From Octopus sinensis (lineage: Eukaryota), in the NCBI RefSeq assembly GCF_006345805.1, contig NC_042998.1:64046001-64110000 (forward strand): a stretch of DNA of 64,000 bases, in the 5' to 3' direction. A program made the position numbers and the translations under genes. Every line of letters begins with the position of its first letter. Position 1 is the first letter of the stretch. Of the stretch, positions 53,845 to 64,000 are shown one piece after another. The notes below the pieces were generated by a model, which saw nothing but the letters and a program-made list of their open reading frames with translations, was not told the origin of the DNA and made no database searches.

Positions 53845-54090
53845 GTACTCTTTTACTTGTTTCAGTCATTTGACTGTGGCCATGCTGAAGCACCGCCTTT
53901 AGTCGTGAAAATCGCCCCCAGGACATATTCTTCTTAAGCCTAGTATAGTACTTATTCTATCGGTTCATTTGCCGATCCACTAAGTTACGGGAACATAAAC
54001 ACACCAGCATCGGTTGTCAAGCAATGTTGGTGGGGTACAAAGACAGACACACAAACCTATATACACAAACACACACACAAACACCACACA

Positions 54091-54140
<50 letters not shown>

Positions 54141-54270
54141 AATATATATATATATACGACCTACTGACAAGGATTTGGTCGGCCCGAGGCTATAATAGAA
54201 GACACTTACCCAAGGTGCCACGCGGCGGGACTGAACCCGGAACCATGTGGTTCGTATGGAAGCTACTTAC
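53845..54270 (-). mobile_element. SINE family B, full length, CA/TA-expanded linker
   Basis: Collinear with 23122-23523. Confidence 0.88.
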
Positions 54271-54304
54271 CATATATATATATATATATTATATATATAT
54301 ATAT

Positions 54305-54350
<46 letters not shown>

Positions 54351-54404
54351 TGTGTATATGTGTGTGTATATGTGTGTGTGTATGTGTGTGTGTGGTGACA
54401 GAGA

Positions 54405-54588
54405 GTGTGAAATACAGCTACAAAGGAAACAGGAGGAAAAGAGTGAGAGAAAGTTGTACGGAAAGATTACAGCAGGGTTCGCCACCACCCCTGCCATAGC
54501 CTTCGCTCAATAAACACTGACTGGGAAGCGAAACCGAGATTCGACGACCCCAAGTCCCCTGCCCCAACCACTGAGACATTGCACACAC

Positions 54589-54590
<2 letters not shown>
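54405..54590 (-). mobile_element. Family C-type SINE, head and central part
   Basis: GTGAGAGAAAGTTGT...CAGCAGGGTTCGCCACC...GCTCAATAAACAC...CCACTGAGACATTGC. Confidence 0.75.
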
Positions 54591-54620
<30 letters not shown>

Positions 54621-54862
54621 CATTTATACATGTATGTATGCATATACGTATGTACATAAGAAGGTATGTATATAATTATTCTTGCAAATATGCCAACGTT
54701 AAGATACTCTAGAAAATCATGAATAAATTATAATGAACGCTGATAAATGAACGCGCCTGTACATACGCATACATACCCCCCCCCCCCCAACAATACACAC
54801 ATATATATGTGCATGTATACGTATATATGTATAGATGCATCTTTGTGTATCTCTACCTCTCC

Positions 54863-54934
<72 letters not shown>

Positions 54935-55395
54935 GTGTATATATGTGTGAGTATGATTGATGTATACATATAAGTGTATAACATATATGTACATGTGTGT
55001 ATGTGTGTTTGTGAACGTGTGCCTGTGAGTGTGTGTGCGTAATATATGATATTCTGAATTTCGTATACCACTCACCATTCTATTTGTTGTGATAATTTTT
55101 GCCTATTTACGAAGAGTTTAGGTAATGTGACGCTCGTTACGTTTTCGAAAAGTATTTAGCTTTCGGTAAATTTATAAACAAGGAGAGCTACATTATTCTC
55201 ATCATAAAAAATATTCGCTGTTATTTTACAACTGTTAAAAGGTTTATTTAACTTCACAGTTGTGTAAACATATTCATTATGATGCATGTTGCACCTTAAA
55301 TTTTTATATTATTTTGTTTCAATGGATGCGCCTTTTAACATGTTCACTTCCATACATTTTACTTGTAATAGCAAAATAGCAACACACATTATCTT

Positions 55396-55409
55396 TCTAT
55401 CTATCTATC

Positions 55410-55504
<95 letters not shown>

Positions 55505-55581
55505 TAATCTATATATATATATATATTATATATATATATAATATATATATATATTATATATATATTATATATATATATATA
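55396..55581. repeat. (ATCT)n then (AT)n microsatellite
   Basis: Directly visible. Confidence 0.97.
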
Positions 55582-55878
55582 TTTATCGCTCTTGGGAATT
55601 CTCCACGAAGGCTTTGAATTACATGAATAAACATAGCTATATATTATATGTAATTTACAGCTATAACAAAATATGTGTGAATCTGAGCGTATGAAATTAA
55701 GCATGTAAAGATATATTCACGTGCACATACACCTCCACGTTTATATATGATATGAAAATCTGTCAGAAAACAGGTTCTCAAAAGCTTTGGACTCTGTAAA
55801 TAATAATGCACACCTCTCCTATGTTCGAAGTTGGTTGACTATAAGCGTCACATACCTGGATACGATAGTTTCAGCAGT

Positions 55879-55983
<105 letters not shown>

Positions 55984-56590
55984 TATATATATATATTATA
56001 ATGGAATAATTACTATGAAGCATTATCTTGAATATTGTATAAATTATCGTGGTTAAGGCCAGAACAACACGAAGTAAATGCAAGGCAAGTCACAAGAAAA
56101 CAAATATATGAATTATTGTAGATTTACGTTTTATACTGCACTGTAGAAAAGATGACATTTATCAACGCCCCACTTAAATATGTGACATACCATTTTTGTG
56201 ACTGTTTAGAATCTGCCTTAATCTTCAACCAGGAAGCTTGGAGAAGAGGGTCCTGAAATTCCTGTGATATCAAGGGGTTGCACAATCTCCTTCATGAGAT
56301 ATACGAAATGTTGTCTTTTTCTATCGTTCCGTTATACACTGATGATAACAAACCTCCATTTGGGCAGACTAAAGAAATACTTGGCAGTCGGAAAAAAAGC
56401 ATTTTGACTGAATTTCAAGTCAACCGTCAGAGGTTAAATGAAGAGTCGAATGAGTCAATACCATGTTGTCCCGTCGAAAACGCTCTTCCATAGGTTAGTT
56501 TCGGTTCAATAGCGGATAGTTTCTCGATATGGATTGTCTACATGTAAAAGTCTTTACATGTTGAAATCAAAATTTAATGCACCAACTTAC

Positions 56591-56655
56591 CTCGTTAATA
56601 CGGAAGAGTTGGGATGACATTTCGAACAGACTAGAAAGATGCTCTCGTGCGTGTA
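56591..56655 (-). CDS. Candidate 65-nt internal exon of an unidentified minus-strand gene
   Basis: Acceptor CGTCCTTCCCACTTTTTCCCCTTCTACAG and donor GAG|GTAAGT. Two frames open (HAREHLSSLFEMSSQLFRINE or YTHESIFLVCSKCHPNSSVLT). Confidence 0.4.
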
Positions 56656-57112
56656 CTGTAGAAGGGGAAAAAGTGGGAAGGACGACTGTAATTTCGTTAT
56701 TTTCTGCCAGAGGTAAGATCGCATGTAGGTTTATGCTTGATTGGCTGCATTCGTGCATAATTATGATGTTCTTCCGGAATCTCAGTTAAACGACTGATAT
56801 GATATTCTCGGCTAAGCATCTGGAAGTGTACCGAACAGTGAATGAATAAATTTGGTCACCAAGCGCATTTAGAAACTTGACTTCCACATGTCTCTACAAA
56901 CTGTCTAATGTTGCATCCATATTTTTCACAAATACTAAACGGAGACGCATTTAATCATGATGTCACTTTGTTCAAATTGTTAGAATGTGATTCGTATCTA
57001 TAGTCGTTGATTACATAAGTGGGAGTTCTTCGTTAAAGGTCTTCGTTAAGAGGCTGACATTGAGCAGCGACCAACAAACACTTTAGAGTCCTATCCAGAA
57101 CGACACATCATT

Positions 57113-57715
57113 CATTCTTTTCTACTCTGGGTACAAAGTCGCAATTATTGGGGAGGGGGCCAGTCGATTAGATCGACAACAGTACGCAACTGGTCCTTAA
57201 ATTATCGATCACGGAAAGATGAAAAGCAAAGTCGATCTTAGCGGAATTTGAACTCAGAACATACAAACAAACGAAATACCTATTTCTTTACTACCCACAT
57301 GGAGCTAAACACAGGGAGGACAAACAAGGACAGACAAACGGATTAAGCCTTATATAACGACCCCAGTGCGTAACTGGTGCTTATTTAATCGACCCCGAAA
57401 GGATGAAAGGCAAAGTCGACCTCGGCGGAATTTGAAATCAGAACGTAGCGGCAGATGAAATATCGCTTAGCATTTCGCCCGGCGTGCTAACGTTTCTGCC
57501 AGCTCATCGCCTTAATTATATCTTTATTGCCCACAAGGGGCTAAACACAGAGAAGACAAACAAGGACAGACAAACGGATTAAGTTGAATACATCGATCTC
57601 AGCGAGTAACTGGTACGTATTTAATCGACTCCAAAAGAATGAAAGGCAAAGTTCACTTCGATGGAATTTGAACTCAGAACGTAACGGCAGACGAAATGCC
57701 GCTAGGCATATCGAA
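57113..57715 (-). mobile_element. Tandem SINE array A2-A1-A1 (57113-57279, 57280-57515, 57520-57715)
   Basis: Three head-to-tail copies with the same order of tails as 1329-1990. Confidence 0.92.
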
Positions 57716-58204
57716 GTTGATAAAATTGTTAACATTATGCGAGAGAAAACTATCTACTGTAATTTAAAAAATTGCCATACGTTCTCTGATATAAAGTATA
57801 AGAATTCCAGTTGTCTCACTCAACACATATTTAATATGAAATTGAAGTTAATAGTTTATAGTCACAATAGTTAATATTAATGTGTGCTAAATAATTCTAA
57901 GTGAAAAGTAATGATTGTCTCATTTGTACACCGGAAATGATAAGCATATTGGGGCATGAGGTCATAAATTATCATGATAGTAGAAATTATATTATGAAAT
58001 AACATTGTTTTCAATCTATAGTTACAATATTTAAAACCATTTCTTTACTTCAAGTTATTTCAACTTTGCTTGAATTATATATTTATAAAGTTTTTTTTTT
58101 TTTACACTCTATTATCTTAATTTTAATGATAATTTCTATTCCTTCTTGAGAATCTCTTTAGGTACAATTATATTGTTTATTTGTAGATTTTTCCATTTTC
58201 ATGG

Positions 58205-58500
58205 TTTCTATATATAGAATACAACACGGGACAAGAACGCAAAACAGATAGGTGATACAAAAAGGGACAACAAAACAGCCAGATAGAAGATACAAAGAAA
58301 ACAAGGACGAGTCATTCGAAGCCCCTTATCCTCAGTCAAGCACCAGATTATCCTCACAATTTCGGCTGGTTATTCGTGAGATTGCTCCAATCTGGGCAGC
58401 CCCAAGGAAAATCTAAACTAAGAGCATTAGATTCCTTGGACGAAAGCAGCAAATGTATACAAAACAAGGGCGGAAAAAACGGAAAAATTTACACAAATAT
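58205..58500 (-). repeat. Interspersed repeat of unknown class, possibly a PLE terminus
   Basis: GC-richer structured block (CCAGATT/AATCTGG; CCAAGGAA..TCTAA/TTAGA..TTCCTTGG) beside a (TA)n tract. Recognised from memory as an octopus repeat; not verified. Confidence 0.35.
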
Positions 58501-58510
58501 AAATGCAATA

Positions 58511-58570
<60 letters not shown>

Positions 58571-58789
58571 CATTTATAGTAGAAATATGTTACCAAAAGA
58601 AAATATGAAATACACGTGGAAATTGAAGGGGAAAATATGAAAAATCAACAAAAATGCACATTGCAAATAAAAAAAGGCTATTTATGACAGGTAATGACAA
58701 ATATATACATTTAGGTGGACTGAGGTAGTAATAAGAGTCATAAAAGTCATTATTATGAGATGATTATAAGATGATAATAATAAAGTAAG

Positions 58790-59510
58790 AGAACAAAGCG
58801 AACCATGGTTTCGGCAAGAAGCTATTCAACGCTTTGAAAACACCGGCTAATACACAGTGTCAAGTCTAATAGTTCTTTAGAAAAAAGGCTATTTGTAAGG
58901 GAGGTAAGTAGTTCTGGATTATTTGTAAGGGAGGTAAGTAGTTCTGGATTTAGAGATGTGAGTGGTGTAGGAATTGTATAGGGGTTAGTGGTTTCAATTG
59001 AAGAGTTAGTGGTATTCTGTATTGAGTTGTGTGTTCATATTTAGTTGGGGGAGAAATTTATTGAAGAAAAATGCCTCTTTATTCAACCTTTGTTGAATTG
59101 TGGTGTTCTGTAAACATTGATAAAAGGGAAATATTTGGAAATTGGGATTACGATTCCTGGCACACATTTCTATGTGCTCACTCACCTTTAACTGTCTGTA
59201 TTGTGGGTGGCGGATTTGCTCTTTTTGAATGGTGATTCTTTGACGGAGCGAAGTTCCTGTTTGTCCAATATAGAGTTTACCACATCCTATGCATATCATG
59301 ACATAGATTACATTTAGTGAGGCGCAGCTGAAATTTGATTTGATCTTAAATATTTCTCCTTGTTTGAAGTGAAATTCTGAACCTTCCAGAAGGTGGGGGC
59401 ATGTTCCACAGTTAGAACGTCCACATTTTATCACTTTTGGCTCTGTTGGCACTGTTGTTAGTGGATACAGTCTAGCGCTGGTTAATATTTTTTTCAGTCA
59501 CTTCGGTTAT
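58790..59510 (-). mobile_element. 5'-truncated Penelope-like element: Cys-rich linker + GIY-YIG endonuclease + 3' UTR
   Basis: ORF 59006-59452: CGRSNCGTC linker, NVIYVMICIGCGKLYIGQTGTSLRQRI, conserved His/Glu/Asn (SEH, KE, PQLN). Neptune-like architecture. Confidence 0.9.
58794..58836 (-). ncRNA. Minimal type-I hammerhead motif in the PLE 3' UTR (decayed)
   Basis: CAAAGCG-UUGAAUA-GCUUCUUGCC-GAAACCAUGGUU-CGCUUUG: perfect 7-bp stem I and palindrome AACCAUGGUU; core differs from CUGAAGA at two positions. Confidence 0.6.
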
Positions 59511-59519
59511 ATATATATA

Positions 59520-60540
59520 TAGACGAGTAAAATGCCTCCCGTCCAATGGACGGTGCTGAGGTGTCAAACATTTAAACCAAATTTTCTCAAAACAACTTGT
59601 CCGACCGTCCCATAGGCCTCCCCTTTGAGAAACACTGATTTCACCTAAATTTGAGACACCAGCAAAAGAAGAAATAAAGATAGACTTTTTCTATTCCAAA
59701 GAGAAACGATTTTATTCACACAAATATGCAACCAAAGAGTTTAAACTACCAGTAATGATGAGGGTGTTGACTGGGAGAATACAACATGGTTTAAACAGTA
59801 AGCTTGTCAGGAAAGAAATAATTAAAATTGCAAAAGTATCGCATTTTCATAAGAAAAACAACAAAAACTGGACAATTGTAATTTAATTGTGTATGTTTAG
59901 GAAATGCAAATATTGCACGATTAAGAAGCAAGCAAATAGAAGTATTTTCACTATATTCACTTTGAAATAAAGCTCAAACAATCATGATTAAAAACGTTTA
60001 AAGCTGTAAGGGAGCAAAAATCATTTATTAGCAAGAAAATAGTTTTTTCTTCCTTGAATAATAAGCAATTAGTGTTTTCTTTTCATTAAAAAATAATTAA
60101 ACATGCCTTTATTACAATGCAATTTTTGGTTTTGTTAAACGAATTTAAGGCAAAAAAAAAATAAAACTTTCCTTCCTTCATTTCAAGTTAGAAGAAAATA
60201 TCTCTTTTGCAGCTTACTTTTTTAGTCTCTTAAATATACTGCATTTTGTGGTATTATTTCTAGCCAGCCAGCTTATTTGCGCAAAGTACACGTGCTTTTT
60301 CTCGCGTACGCGTAGGATCGATTGCAACAGCTGATGTACGTGTGCGTACAAATGCACGTTCCCATGGCTTTATCGATCGCATTCTCACTGGAATCGATTT
60401 CTGTAATTTTTCAAGGCTTATACACGCTCTGTTACCGTCGGGATCTACATATTATATTTGAGCGCAATCGAATGCAGGATGCTCGAGATCCTAGTAGACA
60501 CACACACATACAGACAGAAAGGATTTTAAATAATAGATAT
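59520..60540 (+). mobile_element. Possible second HINE/Helentron-type non-autonomous element
   Basis: 5' hairpin CCGTCC-AAT-GGACGG close to the start; 3' ACATACAGACAG...TTTTAAATAATAGAT resembles the end of 20768-21162. Confidence 0.4.
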
Positions 60541-60740
60541 GTGTATTTTCCCTTGCTAACAATTAACACCGAAAAGTATGTAAATAGTTACCAGAGGAGC
60601 AAAAAATCACACAAGTAAAAATGTTGTGACTCCTTGTTTTAAAGGTAGAAACTTCGGGTTTACGTGAAACATTTTGTATAATATATATAAGTATATGGAG
60701 TTAAAGTATTTGAATAACACCTGCGTTTAACGCCATTTAT
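60541..60740. repeat. Second copy of the 30205-30400 repeat with an internal inversion
   Basis: 60708-60740 is the reverse complement of 30328-30360 (32 of 33 identical), while the first part is in the same orientation. Confidence 0.7.
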
Positions 60741-60741
60741 A

Positions 60742-61008
<267 letters not shown>

Positions 61009-64000
61009 ATTACTTTTGCTTTCTGCATGTATCGTATTTCATCTTTCACAAATTCACATTATCTGTGCATGTAATTTATCTAATTCATTCCATTATTTCC
61101 TCAATGTGTTTCTCTTACATTTGTGATACATTTTATATCATTTTTCTTTTGTAAGTCTTTGGTCACCATCTTTGTTGCTATTTTACCTCCATATTTTTCT
61201 ATTGTTTTATATTCGTCTCCATTTCCTGTTCTTCTTAGCATGATCATTCATTTCGCTATAGTCTTCTTTTCCTTTTCACCAATTGTTCTTTCAATTTGTT
61301 TTCTTATCCCCACTATTTATTCTTGACATATTCAGATTTTTGTTTTGTTTCCTTATCTCCATAATGTCTGCAACATTTGTATCTATTTTCTCTTATTTCC
61401 TTCTTATATATTTTATACTTCTTCCTTTGTCTTTTACTTACTGTTCCCTCGTAATCCAAGAATAAGCTGGATTACTAAACTTAGTGACATCATATCCTGG
61501 TAATCTAATTCTACAATTCCAATCTTTTTTTTGTTCTGTCAAAAGAACATGTTCTATTCTATGCGAAAATATCAAGTGGATGCAACAATCTAGTGACGTT
61601 GACAATAAAATAAAAGCTCACAAAAACATACTTAAAAACCAAAAAATTGTAACAAAGTTTTCCATCGAGTCGACCAGCAGAAACGCAAGATATTCACATT
61701 AAAAAATAAAACATGAATGAATATATTTAATCAAAACAGATATGCAATTGTTAATATATATTCTTTGTCTATTGTCAGCAGCTGCAGCGTAACAAATTGA
61801 TGCTCGCTGTAGAAAATTATTATTAACAATCCAGTAAAAACCATGAAAAATATATAATTGTAAACTGTTGCGCACTCATTTTCAATGAACAATATTTAGA
61901 CAGCGATGTGTATCCTAAGCACCTAAGAAAGTAATACACCTGAAACTAATGCAATTTATGTATACCTGCTTAGATATTCATCCACAGCGCTATACATAGA
62001 AATACGGACGCCTGACGGATAGTGCTGAACAGATCTAGCAGCACGTAGAAGAAAAGAAATAATTTTCCGAAGGAATTTCAAGGCTTTTACGTTTAGAATT
62101 TTCGACTCCAATCGAATTTGCAAAATATATACTACTGAAAAGTGAATATGTCATATGTAGCACACACAGAAACATACACGCAAACGCATGAAAAGAAAGG
62201 TGCTCATATACGCACAGGAATAGTCACAAATATTCAAACATGTTGTATAAATATAAAGCGAGAAATACTATCTGAAGCTAAAAGTTTGAACTACTATAGT
62301 ATGTTTTCGAATGCCCAGCTTTAAATTATTAAAGTTTATATTAAATATTATTCATTAAGACATTCACTGATTTTAAAATCCAAATGCAGACATTCATCAA
62401 CATACTTCACGTAAATTGAATTAAACCTACGATACCTACGATACTGTGACCTTAAGAGGGGAATTTAATGTAGCACTGGATCCATCTATATTTGAGCTAG
62501 TTCATTACTTACTCTCTGTTTTCTTATTTTACTTCTGCGAAATTTCTTCGAATAAGATGTTTACTTTTAATATTGGCGGGAAGGAGAAGGGCTTAACTAT
62601 TGTGCAGTTTGAAATAGCCGAGTCTCGAGAATACTATAGATTTTCAATATGTTGCTTTTATAGAATTGAAATAAGCCTGATCAGCCCTTTGTTGGAGAAC
62701 GTCAATATTTGTAGCTTCTATTCAAATGTGTTGAAATGTGTTCAGGTGCTATACTATTGATATATGGAAATACGCATATAAAAGTCATTTAACGTCTTAA
62801 TATATGAATTGTTATTTTCTTCTTAAATTTCTTGATAGGCTATTCTTTACCACAATATTTGATGAGATATTGGCTGATATACCGAACCTTTCCGACACTG
62901 ATCACATGCTACGAAAACAGATTTACATCAAGAAAAGTTGTATTAGATGATAATCTTCGATAGTCGCTTGCTTGCAAAACCTAGTTCTAATAGTTTGGAC
63001 AATGTAACGTTGTTACGAAAATTACATGAACTACACGAAACATAATTCCATTAAGCACACACTTAAAGAATTAACGTAATTATTAGATGATATATTTTGA
63101 AGTTGTGATGGAATATACCTATATAAGAAATATTATAGGGTGCATTAGCAGCTCGCGTTTCTTCAGTACTCAACGATTAAAAAGTTAATAGTAGACACAC
63201 TTTTCCTAAAAGATGATAAATGAGGAAATGAGTTGTAATATATGATCTAGCGTCAAATGATTAAAACATTATTTATTATTATTGCCATTATTGAAGTTTA
63301 GTTTTCGTCGATTATGTTGCCTTGGTTATAATTTCGACAGTCTTATGTATTTTTTTTTACTGACGTCGTTTATTTCAGCCTTTTATTTTGATATATTTCA
63401 AATAAGTTTATCAATAACGCCAATAAATAAAATGTTCAAACGAATCATTGCTTATCGTTTACGTAATTTCTACTTTGATCAGATCGACATCACAAACATG
63501 TATTTTGAGATGAGAGCTGATCGTTGTAGTTTCATGAATGGATATGTAGGCGGTAGTGTTCGAGACGTATTGGTTAAATGATATAGCTGCTCGCCTTTGC
63601 AGAAATTATAGGATGTATCAAAAGAAATTACGAATGAGCAATAGAAAAATTTAGATACAATGACAAGCAAACATACACAAATACACATATGTACACAATG
63701 GAATACGTCTAACTTTCTAATTAAACGTTTATTTTCAACTATATTTTCCTCATTACACACACACACACACACACACATATTTATACATATATATCCATGT
63801 GTGGCTGTTTGTTTCTTTGTGTGTGTGAATATCAAATAATAGTTATGGATTTCACTTGAACAAAGAGGGCTCTAGACACATGTAGAATGTATATTTTTAT
63901 TATTGAAATTGAAAGTACTTCTAAAACTATAGTGGTAGGTCAGCATCATTGCTAGAGAGAAATCTGGGATTGTGTATATATGATGTAGTGGGGCTAAAGG

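Noticed and set aside
56270-56770. piggyBac or mariner transposase C-terminus on the plus strand (CVYC...FCQR...GLCLIGC)
   Set aside because: It needs several frameshifts and stops, and no TTAA/TIR ends were seen. It cannot be excluded, but it competes with the minus-strand exon reading.
58300-58400. Hammerhead or HDV-like ribozyme in the 58205-58500 repeat
   Set aside because: CUGAGGA is followed by GAAU with no proper stem II or III, and the HDV P1/P3/L3 elements could not be found.

Overview
AT-rich, microsatellite-dense animal DNA, most likely from an octopus. That assignment is inferred from the tRNA-derived SINE families I recognise from memory and was not checked against a database. 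No host gene can be identified with confidence, so the window is intergenic or lies within a large intron, with a few weak splice-bounded exon candidates. Nearly all long ORFs in the track are microsatellite artefacts. Supported content: (i) about 30 tRNA-headed SINE copies built from a few heads and at least six interchangeable tails; (ii) decayed fragments of three R4/Dong-type RLE LINEs, one RTE LINE 3' end and two Penelope-like elements (PLEs); (iii) a mariner deletion derivative and one or two Helentron/HINE-type elements; (iv) a diverged 5S rRNA copy. The most striking unexplained layer is a set of minimal type-I hammerhead ribozyme (HHR) motifs with palindromic stem III. They occur in a 315-bp head-to-tail dimer (retrozyme-like), inside a tRNA-headed SINE, in an inverted pair of termini, in the 3' UTR of a PLE GIY-YIG fragment and as solo remnants. 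Most copies carry decay mutations. All alignments, folds and translations were done by eye, and element boundaries are approximate.
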